From an uncultured Candidatus Saccharibacteria bacterium (GTDB lineage Bacteria > Patescibacteriota > Minisyncoccia > Phycocordibacterales > VMEP01), in the NCBI GenBank assembly GCA_964579635.1, contig CAZOFV010000003.1, positions 2,768 to 66,767 on the forward strand: a stretch of DNA of 64,000 bases. Reading direction: 5' to 3'. The notes under the pieces are model-generated. The model had not been told where the DNA came from. It did no database searches and saw only the letters and a list, made by a program, of their open reading frames with translations. Made by a program: the position numbers and the translations under genes. Below are positions 9,260 to 18,277 of this stretch, piece after piece (within the stretch, counting starts at the first letter, position 1; each line of letters starts with the position of its first letter).

Positions 9260-11557
9260 ATGTCGAAAGTCGCAAAAGTTGCACAGAAATTACCATTACT
9301 AATCAAAAAAATTCAAAAACGTGATGGTACGATAGTTGATTTTGATATTGACAGAGTTACGAGTGCAGTAAACAAGGCGATGGTTGCGACAGGAGAGGGA
9401 AGCGAGAAGGAAGCGGAATATATTTCTCGCAAAGTTTATTCTGAGCTTTTGCGAGTGAACAAACTTGTAAAGAATTTTGTTCCAACAGTGGAAGGAATTC
9501 AAGATTTCGTTGAAGCACAGCTCATCACAGAAGACTACGCCAAAACAGCGAAGGCATACATCCTCTATAGAGAGGAGCGTTCTCGTTTACGTCGTGAAGT
9601 TGGAGAGGTTCCAGAGAAGGTACGAAAGCTTTCAGAGGAAAGTAAAAAATATTTTAGAAATGTATTAGGAGAATTTATTTATTACCGCACATATTCAAGA
9701 TGGATTGATGGTGAAGGACGACGAGAGACTTGGGTTGAAACAGTCGATCGTTATGTTGATTTCATGCGCGAGAATCTTGGTAAGAAATTAAAAGAGGAAG
9801 AGTATAAAGAAATAAGAGAAGCAATTCTAAAACAAGAAGCAATGCCATCAATGCGACTCTTTCAGTTTGCTGGTCTTGCTGCACGTAAAACAAATATTTG
9901 TGCATACAATTGTTCGTTCATTGCTCCAACCGCATGGCAAGATTTTGGAGAGGTCATGTATATATTAATGTGCGGTACCGGTGTTGGTTATGCTGTAGAA
10001 AATCAAAATATCGATAAGCTTCCTTCAATCAAATATCAAACAGGTAAAAAAGAACCAAAACATATTATTGCCGACAGTAAGGAGGGGTGGGCAGATGCGA
10101 TTGTTTTAGGAATGAAGACTTGGTCTGAAGGAAAAGATATTGAGTTTGATTATTCCGCACTTCGCCCAGCTGGCGCTCGTTTAAAAACAATGGGCGGAAA
10201 ATCGTCTGGTCCTGATCCAATTCGTTCTGTTATTAATTTCACTCGCGAGAGAATGTTAAAGAAACAAGGACGCAAGCTATCTCCCTTAGATGCACATGAT
10301 ATTTTATGTAAAATCGGTGAGTGTGTAGTTGCTGGTGGGGTAAGAAGAAGTGCCATGATTTCACTCTCAGATTTGGGTGATGTTGAGATGAGAGACTCTA
10401 AAAAGGGTCCATTTTATTACACAGACCCACAGCGTGCTCTTGCTAACAACTCTGCTGTTTATGTTGATAAACCAACAACTGAAGAGTTTTTAGATGAGTG
10501 GGTTGCTTTAATGAAGTCAAAATCAGGGGAGCGTGGAATATTTAACCGTGGTTCTTTGGCAACAACTCTCCCAGAGAGACGCATTAAGTTTTTGGATGAA
10601 TATATAACAAACGGACGCATGACTGGTCCTGTTGGAACAAACCCATGCGGAGAAATAATCTTACAATCAAAACAGTTTTGTAACCTTTCAGAGGTTATTG
10701 CCCGCCCAGGGGATACCGTTGAAAAACTTCTTAAGAAGATTAGAATCGCGACAATCATCGGAACATATCAATCAACACTCACAAACTTCCCATATCTATC
10801 AAAAGAATGGAAAGAAAATTGTGAAAAAGAAAGATTGCTCGGAGTCTCTGTTACGGGGCAGTGGGATTGTCCAACTGCACGCAAGGCAGATGTTTTGGAT
10901 AAACTTCGTAATGAAACGATAAAAATTAACCAACAGTACGCTAAGAGGTTTGGAGTAAATCCTTCAACGGCGATTACAGCAGTTAAGCCATCTGGAAATC
11001 TTTCTCAGACAGTTGATTCTTCTTCTGGGATGCATCCACGTTTTGCACCATTTTATATTCGTCGCGTACGTATCGCTTCGACAGATTCTCTTTTCAAAAT
11101 GTTGAAAGACCAAGGAGTGCCATATCATCCTGAAGTTGGACAAACCGCTGATTCAGCAACAACTTTTGTTATTGATTTTCCAGTACGTGCTCCAAAGGGT
11201 TCAATTTTCAAGAACGATTTAACAGCGATTGATCAATTGGAATATTGGAAGATGTATAAAACGCACTATACAGAACATAATCCATCAACGACAATTTCTG
11301 TCGGCGATACAGAGTGGATTGATGTTGGACATTGGGTATATAAAAATTGGGATATAGTTGGTGGACTTTCTTTCTTGCCACGAGATAATCACGTCTATCA
11401 ACTTGCACCTTACGAAGAAATAGATGAAAAGAAATATATTGAGTTAGCAAAACGATGGGAACATATTGATTTCTCAAAGATTGTAACTTATGAGAAGGTT
11501 GATGAAACAGAAAACAAAGCAGAACTCGCATGTGTGGCAGGAATTTGTGAGATATAG
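9260..11557 (+). CDS. nrdJ: Adenosylcobalamin-dependent (class II) ribonucleotide reductase with N-terminal ATP-cone
   Basis: ATP-cone (KIQKRDGTIVDFDIDRVTSAVNKA). TNPCGEI active-site motif characteristic of class II RNR. 765 aa. Confidence 0.88.
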   Translation: MSKVAKVAQKLPLLIKKIQKRDGTIVDFDIDRVTSAVNKAMVATGEGSEKEAEYISRKVYSELLRVNKLVKNFVPTVEGIQDFVEAQLITEDYAKTAKAYILYREERSRLRREVGEVPEKVRKLSEESKKYFRNVLGEFIYYRTYSRWIDGEGRRETWVETVDRYVDFMRENLGKKLKEEEYKEIREAILKQEAMPSMRLFQFAGLAARKTNICAYNCSFIAPTAWQDFGEVMYILMCGTGVGYAVENQNIDKLPSIKYQTGKKEPKHIIADSKEGWADAIVLGMKTWSEGKDIEFDYSALRPAGARLKTMGGKSSGPDPIRSVINFTRERMLKKQGRKLSPLDAHDILCKIGECVVAGGVRRSAMISLSDLGDVEMRDSKKGPFYYTDPQRALANNSAVYVDKPTTEEFLDEWVALMKSKSGERGIFNRGSLATTLPERRIKFLDEYITNGRMTGPVGTNPCGEIILQSKQFCNLSEVIARPGDTVEKLLKKIRIATIIGTYQSTLTNFPYLSKEWKENCEKERLLGVSVTGQWDCPTARKADVLDKLRNETIKINQQYAKRFGVNPSTAITAVKPSGNLSQTVDSSSGMHPRFAPFYIRRVRIASTDSLFKMLKDQGVPYHPEVGQTADSATTFVIDFPVRAPKGSIFKNDLTAIDQLEYWKMYKTHYTEHNPSTTISVGDTEWIDVGHWVYKNWDIVGGLSFLPRDNHVYQLAPYEEIDEKKYIELAKRWEHIDFSKIVTYEKVDETENKAELACVAGICEI

Positions 11558-11586
11558 AAACAGAAAATTAGGCAATTAGTAAAAAA

Positions 11587-11615
11587 GAAAACACCAGAAA
11601 GGTGTTTTCTTTTTG
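11587..11615 (+). terminator. Rho-independent terminator after nrdJ
   Basis: GAAAACACC-agaaa-GGTGTTTTC plus a T-run. Confidence 0.55.
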
Positions 11616-11670
11616 TTCTAGGGCAATTAGTGTTCAAAATATAGCCCTAAAATCAAAGAGATTTTAAGTA

Positions 11671-11699
11671 TTGACTTTTTGTTTATTATCTGCTTTAAT
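11671..11699 (+). promoter_or_regulatory. Near-consensus sigma70 promoter (TTGACT, 17 nt spacer, TTTAAT) driving the small GC-rich ORF
   Basis: Hexamers with a 17 nt spacer. An AAGGAG RBS sits 8 nt before the ATG at 11732. Confidence 0.45.
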
Positions 11700-11731
11700 G
11701 AAAAGAGTAATAACAACCTAAGGAGAGGGTT

Positions 11732-11986
11732 ATGCACCACGTTATTTACAAGGGTGGCAGTTTGCCTCCCGTCGAACAAGAATGGCGCTTCATGATGACG
11801 ACGACTATCGTGGCCATCGTCATCATGTTGGCGATTACACTTGGTGGCGTGGCAGATTACCTGAACTCGCCACAGGTTTACGTCTCGAATTCGACGGGAA
11901 AATGCGTTAAGGTCGTTTCGCCGAAAGGTGAACACCCGTGCGCCCCTGGCGATGAAAAGAAATACGAGCGTGTGTGGGTGAAGTAA
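11732..11986 (+). CDS. Small single-TM membrane protein (84 aa), hypothetical, compositionally foreign
   Basis: Strong RBS, TM helix TTTIVAIVIMLAITLGGV, Cys-containing C-terminal domain. Local GC is markedly higher than the flanks. Has its own promoter and terminator. Confidence 0.5.
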   Translation: MHHVIYKGGSLPPVEQEWRFMMTTTIVAIVIMLAITLGGVADYLNSPQVYVSNSTGKCVKVVSPKGEHPCAPGDEKKYERVWVK

Positions 11987-12002
11987 ATCTCCATGCTCAA
12001 AA

Positions 12003-12045
12003 AAGGCCGAAACGCTTCATGCGCTTCGGCCTTTCGTCTTTTGTT
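12003..12045 (+). terminator. Rho-independent terminator
   Basis: GGCCGAAACGC-ttcat-GCGCTTCGGCC hairpin followed by a T-rich tract. Confidence 0.6.
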
Positions 12046-12092
12046 GCCCATAACCGTGCTTTTTGTTATAGTTTCGTCGTTACTTTTCCCTT

Positions 12093-12164
12093 GCGAGTGT
12101 AGTTCAGTGGTAGAACGCTGTCCTGATAAGACAGAGGTCGAAGGTCCGATTCCTTCCACTCGCA
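12093..12164 (+). tRNA. tRNA-Ile (anticodon GAU)
   Basis: GCGAGTG/CACTCGC acceptor, D-arm GTAGTTCAGTGGTAGAAC, anticodon loop CUGAUAA, T-arm GGTCCGATTCC. Confidence 0.8.
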
Positions 12165-12187
12165 CATAGTTTTTTGTTGGCCGTTTT

Positions 12188-12841
12188 TTGCGTATAATTA
12201 AGCACATGACAACATTTCATATTGATATAGAAAAAGCATTTAGATTTGGATGGGAGAAAACAAAAAAACATTTTTGGTTAATTTTTTCTGTAATGATTTT
12301 TTCTTTTGTGGTGTCATCAATATTTGAAGCCCTTTCTTTTTCTTATAAGAATAGTGGTTATTATTTTGGGCGTTTTATTTTTTCTTTCTTTGGTTGGGTT
12401 TTTAACGCACTGGTAAATATTGGAATCATTCACATGAGTTTGATGCTTATTAATGACAGGGCAATTAAGTTCAATAATTTTTTTGATAAATCATATCTCT
12501 TTTTGAATTATATTATTGGTACGTTACTTTATTTTGCCGCAATTGTTGTTGGTTTGATTTTGCTTATTGTTCCCGGGATTATTCTTATGATAAGACTTCA
12601 GTTTTACAGATTCTTGATTGTTGAAAAAGAAATGAACCCCCTCGAAGCTTTTTCAAAAAGCTGGAATATGACAAAAGGACAAAGTCTTGGTTTGGTTAAG
12701 ATTTTTCTCGCAATTATCGGACTTAATATTTTAGGGGCGCTTGCTTTGGGTGTTGGTTTGTTCGTAACTGTTCCCGTGAGTTTAATCGCCTATGCTTTTG
12801 TGTATAACAAACTTGCTCACGCCGATTCTCAGGTAAAATAA
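12188..12841 (+). CDS. Polytopic membrane protein (DUF975-like), hypothetical
   Basis: Four to five predicted TM helices. No catalytic motif recognised. Confidence 0.45.
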   Translation: MRIIKHMTTFHIDIEKAFRFGWEKTKKHFWLIFSVMIFSFVVSSIFEALSFSYKNSGYYFGRFIFSFFGWVFNALVNIGIIHMSLMLINDRAIKFNNFFDKSYLFLNYIIGTLLYFAAIVVGLILLIVPGIILMIRLQFYRFLIVEKEMNPLEAFSKSWNMTKGQSLGLVKIFLAIIGLNILGALALGVGLFVTVPVSLIAYAFVYNKLAHADSQVK

Positions 12842-12845
12842 ATAA

Positions 12846-13601
12846 ATGATTGGTATTTTTGATTCTGGGTCTGGCGGTCTTACCGTCTTTAAGGAAATTA
12901 TTGCCCGCTTACCAAAGGCCGATTTTGTTTATTTTGGTGATTTAAGGAACGCTCCATATGGAGAAAAAACTCCAGAAGAGCTTGGAGCTCTTACTGTTTT
13001 AGGAATGGAGAGATTGCTCAATGAGGGGGCAACACAAATCGTTAGCGCGTGTAATAGCGTCTCTTCTAATATCGTCATGCCAATGTTTGATATTTTAGAC
13101 ATTAAGCCGATTGATATTATTGAAATGGTTGGGCCGACAGTACGTGCTTTTAGGGAAAAGAGAGACAAAAAAGTTTTAATTGTTGGGACGACAGCAACGC
13201 TTCGTTCTGGAATTTATCAAAACGGATTTCTTGCTCTTGGTATGGACGTTATTGCAGTGCCAATCCCATATCTTGCTGGCGCAATAGAAGAGGGAACAAC
13301 AGAGGCTGGAATGAAGGGAATGGTCAGTAATGTTTTAGAAAAACATAAAGGGGAGTTTGATACAATTGTCCTTGCTTGCACACATTATCCGCTTATTTGG
13401 AATATTTTTAGTGATGTTGTTGGTGGTGATATTGAAATATTTAATCCAGCTGTAGTCGTTGCGGAAGAAGTGTCTAAACGTTTTGAGGGAAACGGAGAAT
13501 CTAAGGTGAGGTTTGTTATTTCAAAAGATTCGCAATTTTTCCGACAAAAAGTAATGGAGATTTTTGGTTCCGAAGGCTATGTAATCGACGTGTTAAAATA
13601 A
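12846..13601 (+). CDS. murI: Glutamate racemase
   Basis: IGIFDSGSGGLTV N-terminus and the conserved VLACTHYPL region. Confidence 0.9.
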   Translation: MIGIFDSGSGGLTVFKEIIARLPKADFVYFGDLRNAPYGEKTPEELGALTVLGMERLLNEGATQIVSACNSVSSNIVMPMFDILDIKPIDIIEMVGPTVRAFREKRDKKVLIVGTTATLRSGIYQNGFLALGMDVIAVPIPYLAGAIEEGTTEAGMKGMVSNVLEKHKGEFDTIVLACTHYPLIWNIFSDVVGGDIEIFNPAVVVAEEVSKRFEGNGESKVRFVISKDSQFFRQKVMEIFGSEGYVIDVLK

Positions 13602-13609
13602 TCCCGTAT

Positions 13610-14935
13610 ATGAATACCGCTAAATTAGTTTTAGAAAATAATATAGATTTAAAAAAATATCAAAATGTACATTTTGTTGGTATTGGTGGAATAGGGGTTT
13701 CTGCTATCGCAAGAATGATGCTTTTGGAGGGGAGAAATGTTTCTGGTTCAGATTCGAAAGATTCTGAAATTACAAATGAGCTCAGTGTTTTAGGGGCGAC
13801 TATTTTTAATGAGCATAATAAGGAGAACGTAAAAGGAAATATCGATTTGGTTGTTTACACAGTGGCTGTTTTGGAAGATAATCCAGAGCTTGTTTCGGCA
13901 AAAGAACAGGGGATTAAGTGCCTATCATACCCAGAAATATTGGGTTTAATTTCAAAAAACAAAAAAACAATTGCTGTTTCTGGTACTCACGGCAAGACCA
14001 CAACTACCGCAATGATTGCGAGAATTTTTATCGATAGCGGGAAAGAGCCGACGGTCGTTGTTGGGAGCAAGTTATTAGAAGGAGCTGATAATTTAAAAAG
14101 TAATTTCATTGCAGGGAAGGGAGATTATTTCATAGTGGAGGCGTGTGAATATCGTCGCTCGTTTTTAAATATTCATCCAACGATAGGGGTCATAACAAAT
14201 ATTGATAATGATCATCTTGATTACTACAAAGACTTAGAAGATATACAAAGTGCGTTTAAGTCTTTCGCAGAATTAATCCCAAAAGAGGGGGTATTGATTT
14301 GTGATCGTAGTGATGAAAGATTAAAAAGTGTAATAGAAGGGCTTACTTGTACGATTGTTGATTACATGGATTTTTATGAGGAGAATATGGAAATTTCTGT
14401 TTCGGGGGAACATAACAGAAAAAATGCCGCTGTTGCTATTGCCGTCGGAAATGTTTGTGGAATTGATGTTTCTCTATCAAAAAAAGCGTTAAAAGAGTTT
14501 AAGGGAACATGGCGTAGGTTTGAATATAAAGGAAAAACAACCAACGGTGTTTTTGTTTACGATGATTACGGACATCATCCAACTGAAGTTAAAGCAACAC
14601 TTGCGGGTGCTCGCGAAAAATTTCCAGATAAAAAAATCACGGTAGTTTTTCAACCACATCTTTATTCACGAACTAAACTTCTTTTAGATGATTTTGCAAA
14701 ATCTTTTGATGACGCTGATAAAGCTTTGCTTTTACCGATTTATGCTGCTCGTGAGTCATTTGATGAGAGTATTAAGAGCGAGATGCTTGCAGAAAAAATC
14801 GGCGATAAAGCTAAGTCATTTTTAAATTTTTCTGATGTTGAAAATTATTTAAAGGAGGTGCAAAAAGAAGGAGATATTTTGATTACAATGGGGGCGGGAG
14901 ATGTTTATAAAGTGGGGGAGAATTTACTTAAATAG
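13610..14935 (+). CDS. murC: UDP-N-acetylmuramate--L-alanine ligase
   Basis: VHFVGIGGIGVSAIA, GTHGKTTTT P-loop and Mur ligase domain order. Confidence 0.92.
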   Translation: MNTAKLVLENNIDLKKYQNVHFVGIGGIGVSAIARMMLLEGRNVSGSDSKDSEITNELSVLGATIFNEHNKENVKGNIDLVVYTVAVLEDNPELVSAKEQGIKCLSYPEILGLISKNKKTIAVSGTHGKTTTTAMIARIFIDSGKEPTVVVGSKLLEGADNLKSNFIAGKGDYFIVEACEYRRSFLNIHPTIGVITNIDNDHLDYYKDLEDIQSAFKSFAELIPKEGVLICDRSDERLKSVIEGLTCTIVDYMDFYEENMEISVSGEHNRKNAAVAIAVGNVCGIDVSLSKKALKEFKGTWRRFEYKGKTTNGVFVYDDYGHHPTEVKATLAGAREKFPDKKITVVFQPHLYSRTKLLLDDFAKSFDDADKALLLPIYAARESFDESIKSEMLAEKIGDKAKSFLNFSDVENYLKEVQKEGDILITMGAGDVYKVGENLLK

Positions 14936-15011
14936 TCTGCTATAATGGCCCTTTAGGAACTCTTGATTTTTAACATTGCCGAGGTTTGTGGCTATTTCGT
15001 GGGGGTGAAAA

Positions 15012-15563
15012 ATGAAAGCAATAACATGCTTGTTTTGTGAGCGCATGCGTAAAAATTTTTCGTTTTGTCAGGTTATCGCACTTGCGATACTGATGAATAC
15101 GATACATAAAAGCGCCGTTTTCGTTGGCCGAGGAATGAGGTCTATTGGAAAGGTGCTTGTTAATTGGGGGTCGGTTGAGACACCCCGATGGACGACGGAG
15201 CTTTTCCGCAGGGCTTACATGGTCGATGCGGAAATACATATCAATGGTTTTGTGTACCGCGGGCCACTTTATGCAATGTATCGTGAGTTCGTGAATGGGG
15301 AGAAACTTATCCTCAGCATGAACTGGGTTGCAAGAAGAAGTGAGGTAGGAAAATATTCACCGTATTCTGGGTCGTGCAGTTTCTGCCTTCCTGGTTTCGG
15401 TGAACCACACTTCATCAAGGGTGATAGCGAAGATAATCGCGCTGTCGGCAATGTTTGGTTCTTCTTCGAGGGTGGGTGGGCTGTTCTTTATTTCGGCAAT
15501 CCAAAAGAGCGTTTGTTGTTTCAGGGGGAAAAAGACACTCTTCGGGTTTATTCCCACTACTGA
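15012..15563 (+). CDS. Hypothetical protein (183 aa) in a GC-rich island; coding status uncertain
   Basis: GGGGGTGA RBS-like sequence upstream. ORF ends 3 nt before a strong terminator. Cys pairs at both ends (CLFCERM...FC and CSFCLPGF). No family recognised. Confidence 0.35.
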   Translation: MKAITCLFCERMRKNFSFCQVIALAILMNTIHKSAVFVGRGMRSIGKVLVNWGSVETPRWTTELFRRAYMVDAEIHINGFVYRGPLYAMYREFVNGEKLILSMNWVARRSEVGKYSPYSGSCSFCLPGFGEPHFIKGDSEDNRAVGNVWFFFEGGWAVLYFGNPKERLLFQGEKDTLRVYSHY

Positions 15564-15566
15564 CAT

Positions 15567-15605
15567 GAGAACCGGGTTGCGAAAGCACCCGGTTCACTTT
15601 TTTAT
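15567..15605 (+). terminator. Rho-independent terminator
   Basis: GAACCGGGTT-gcgaaagca-CCCGGTTC hairpin plus TTTTTT. Confidence 0.6.
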
Positions 15606-15627
15606 ATATTTCGTTTAGGATTCAAAT

Positions 15628-16305
15628 ATGACCACACTTTATGTTGTTGCGACACCAATTGGAAACCTCGAAGATATAACCCTTCGGGCTATTCGCATTC
15701 TTAATGAGGTCGACGCGATTCTTTGTGAAGATACAAGAGTAACAGCGAAACTACTTTCTAAGTATGAAATAAAAAAATCACTCATCCGCTATGATGCGCA
15801 TTCGACCGACACAACATTAAAAAGGATTTTCACTTTGATCGAAGATGGTAAATCATTAGCCCTTGTTTCAGACGCTGGAACACCATCTATCTCTGACCCT
15901 GGTTCACATTTAGTACAAAAACTTCGTGAACATTTTTCCGAAGAAGATCTTTCAATCGTCGCTATCCCAGGAGCATCAGCCTTAACTTCTGCCTTATCAA
16001 TTTCGGGGATTCCTTCTTCAGAGTTTTTATTTTTGGGATTTTTACCACATAAAAAGGGGAGAGAAACAATATTTAAAGAAATCGTTGAAACAAAAAGACC
16101 GGTAGTTTTTTACGAGTCACCGCATCGAATTTTGAAAGCGCTTCAAAGTTTAAATAAATTTTGCCCAGAAAGAAGAATTGTGATTGGTAGGGAATTAACA
16201 AAAATCCACGAGGAAATGCTTTCTGGGACAGCCGAAGAGTTGATGATATTTTTTGATAAGAACAAAGATAAGGTTCGGGGAGAGTTTGTTGTAATTGTTA
16301 GCTAG
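15628..16305 (+). CDS. rsmI: 16S rRNA (cytidine1402-2'-O)-methyltransferase RsmI (tetrapyrrole-methylase fold)
   Basis: LYVVATPIGNLEDITLRAIRIL...ILCEDTR signature. Confidence 0.88.
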   Translation: MTTLYVVATPIGNLEDITLRAIRILNEVDAILCEDTRVTAKLLSKYEIKKSLIRYDAHSTDTTLKRIFTLIEDGKSLALVSDAGTPSISDPGSHLVQKLREHFSEEDLSIVAIPGASALTSALSISGIPSSEFLFLGFLPHKKGRETIFKEIVETKRPVVFYESPHRILKALQSLNKFCPERRIVIGRELTKIHEEMLSGTAEELMIFFDKNKDKVRGEFVVIVS

Positions 16306-16356
16306 CTTAAAGATTTTTAGCTTTGTCGGGAGAAAACATTACGCTATAATGGCCCT

Positions 16357-16647
16357 ATGTCAAAAAAGAGGATAATCATATTACTTGGTGTTTTAACAAC
16401 CCTTTTGCCATTATCTGGTTTTCCTGGAGCATGGCGTTCATTTTTCACTTTTGTTTTTGGTGTAGCAATTACCGGTTTAGCCTTTGTTGCGTTCAAGAGT
16501 AAAGACACTGATGGTTTAATAGAAAAAAGAGAAGACTCTTTTACTGAAAATACAATTCCACTGTCCTCTGCGGATAATTCTTCCACGGTTAGTAACACCG
16601 AGACTGTTTCTCACGAAAAAACACAAGAAGTCATAAGTTCTATATAA
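16357..16647 (+). CDS. Small membrane protein, hypothetical; probably leaderless mRNA
   Basis: TATAAT at 16345-16350 ends 6 nt before the ATG. Two TM helices. Confidence 0.45.
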   Translation: MSKKRIIILLGVLTTLLPLSGFPGAWRSFFTFVFGVAITGLAFVAFKSKDTDGLIEKREDSFTENTIPLSSADNSSTVSNTETVSHEKTQEVISSI

Positions 16648-16650
16648 ATA

Positions 16651-17904
16651 ATGTTAAAAAGTAAAAATAAGAAGCCGTTTTTAATTGGAAGCTTGTCGGC
16701 TTTATTTTTTACTGCTTCTTATTTTGGAGTTTCTCATATAACACAGAATGTTTACTCTGACGTTTCTCAGAGTACTAAGGTAGAAGAAAAATCAAAAATA
16801 GAGTCTGTTCTTGATAAAAACAACCAGGGAAAAATAGATTCATCTGTTGTTCACCTTAAAACACCAGAACCATTGAAAGGTATTTACATGACAGCTTGCG
16901 CTGGGAGCATGCCATCTTTTCGTGACCGATTAGCAAAAATTGCAGACGATACAGAGATAAATTCCATTATTATCGACGTTAAGGATTACAGTGGAACGAT
17001 TTCTTTTAAATCAGACAACCCTCTTTTTAAAGATAATGTTGGCGCAGGCTGTAAAATATCAGACCTTAAAGAATTCGTAAAAGTTCTTCACGAAAAAAAT
17101 ATTTACACAATTGCCCGCATAACGGTTTTTCAGGATCCATATTATTCTAAAATTCACCCAGAGCTTGCTGTTAAGCGTTTAAGTGATGGTGCTGTTTGGA
17201 AAGACAGAAAAGGACTTTCGTTTATAGATGTTGGAGCTAAACCATATTGGGATTATATTGTCGCGTTAGGGGAGGAATCTTATAAACTTGGGTTTGATGA
17301 ATTAAATTTTGATTATATTAGGTTCCCTTCAGACGGCGACATGAAGGATATTGATTTCACTTGGAGTAGAGGGAAAAATAAAGCTGTAGCGCTAGAGGAA
17401 TTTTTTACCTATTTGCATGAAAAACTTTCACCAACAGGAGCTAAGCTTTCCGCCGATCTTTTTGGGATGACGACAACAAACACCGATGATTTAAATATCG
17501 GGCAGGTTCTTGAGCGAACTCTTCCATATTTTGATTACGTGATGCCGATGGTTTATCCATCTCATTATCCACCGTATTTTAATGGCTGGAAAAACCCTAA
17601 TTTACAGGTTTATGGAGTTGTTAATTTTTCAATGTCTCACGCTGTCTCGCGTGCGGAAGCAACAACCACACCGATATATTTAATGGGCGAAACTAGAATT
17701 GGCACAACGACGCCACCAAGGTATACAAAAAAACCCGAAAATCGTTTGAAATTGAGGCCATGGCTACAGGATTTTCAGTATGGAGGGACATACGGCGCAA
17801 CGGAGGTTCGCGCGCAAATTAGGGCAACATATGACGCTGGTCTTACCTCATGGATTTTGTGGGATCCAGCCAATAAATACACGTTAGGAGCCCTAGAGAA
17901 ATAG
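16651..17904 (+). CDS. Putative glycoside-hydrolase-like TIM-barrel protein (DUF4015/GHL family), membrane-anchored
   Basis: N-terminal signal anchor. The region around GIYMTACAG...IIIDVKDYSGTISFK and its length resemble DUF4015. Confidence 0.45.
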   Translation: MLKSKNKKPFLIGSLSALFFTASYFGVSHITQNVYSDVSQSTKVEEKSKIESVLDKNNQGKIDSSVVHLKTPEPLKGIYMTACAGSMPSFRDRLAKIADDTEINSIIIDVKDYSGTISFKSDNPLFKDNVGAGCKISDLKEFVKVLHEKNIYTIARITVFQDPYYSKIHPELAVKRLSDGAVWKDRKGLSFIDVGAKPYWDYIVALGEESYKLGFDELNFDYIRFPSDGDMKDIDFTWSRGKNKAVALEEFFTYLHEKLSPTGAKLSADLFGMTTTNTDDLNIGQVLERTLPYFDYVMPMVYPSHYPPYFNGWKNPNLQVYGVVNFSMSHAVSRAEATTTPIYLMGETRIGTTTPPRYTKKPENRLKLRPWLQDFQYGGTYGATEVRAQIRATYDAGLTSWILWDPANKYTLGALEK

Positions 17905-18011
17905 TGGTTTTATATACTTGCTTTTTCAGTAAGATGTGTTAATATAAACAAGTCGCGATATTTCTACGCGATGTTTTTGTTTCCATAACCTAAAAGACAG
18001 GAGAAATAGCC

Positions 18012-18185
18012 TTGAAGTGTAAAAAAGATTGTGCTGGTGAATGCGACAGCAACACCCCATGGGAGGAGCGTTCGCTTTGCCGGATGAAACAAGGCGCCGA
18101 CCTTATGGCGCAAAAAAACGGCGGGGGTGCCAACAAGAAGATGGTTCAAGATGGCATCCCCAAAAAAAAGACGGGGGACGAATAG
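18012..18185 (+). other. Candidate 57 aa Cys-rich small ORF (TTG start) or structured RNA in a GC-rich island
   Basis: AGGAGA is 8 nt upstream of the TTG. Translation is LKCKKDCAGECDSNTPWEERSLCRM.... Overlapping alternative ORFs exist on both strands, so the call is weak. Confidence 0.2.
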
Positions 18186-18206
18186 CAAATAGCGTCGTCC
18201 TAACGA

Positions 18207-18245
18207 CCCTGGGCCACTGTGATAGTGGTTCAGGGTTTTTTATTT
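18207..18245 (+). terminator. Rho-independent terminator closing the GC-rich island
   Basis: CCCTGGGCCACT-gtgat-AGTGGTTCAGGG hairpin plus TTTTTT. Confidence 0.5.
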
Positions 18246-18277
18246 GGTGCATATTTTAGTATAATCTAAAGAAAGCT

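Noticed and set aside
9299-11531. Several antisense or off-frame ORFs inside nrdJ (for example 10459-10758 -, 11208-11531 -).
   Set aside because: Embedded in a strongly conserved gene. No independent signals.
11627-12207. Antisense ORFs 11627-11935 (-) and 11878-12207 (-) across the GC-rich island and tRNA-Ile.
   Set aside because: They run through a tRNA gene and a terminator and oppose a gene with a strong promoter and RBS. Judged non-coding.
14936-15610. Checked whether the GC-rich island encodes RNase P RNA, tmRNA or SRP RNA.
   Set aside because: Hallmark motifs were not found: the RNase P P4 AGGAAAGUCCGGGCUCC, the tmRNA tRNA-like 3' end and GGGG 5' end, and the SRP GGAA tetraloop context. 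Left as an unassigned ORF/RNA.
14939-16356. Shared 14-mer GCTATAATGGCCCT upstream of two genes, considered as a regulatory motif.
   Set aside because: By my estimate a shared 14-mer can occur several times by chance in a 64 kb window, so the two copies could be chance. Kept only as a low-interest note.
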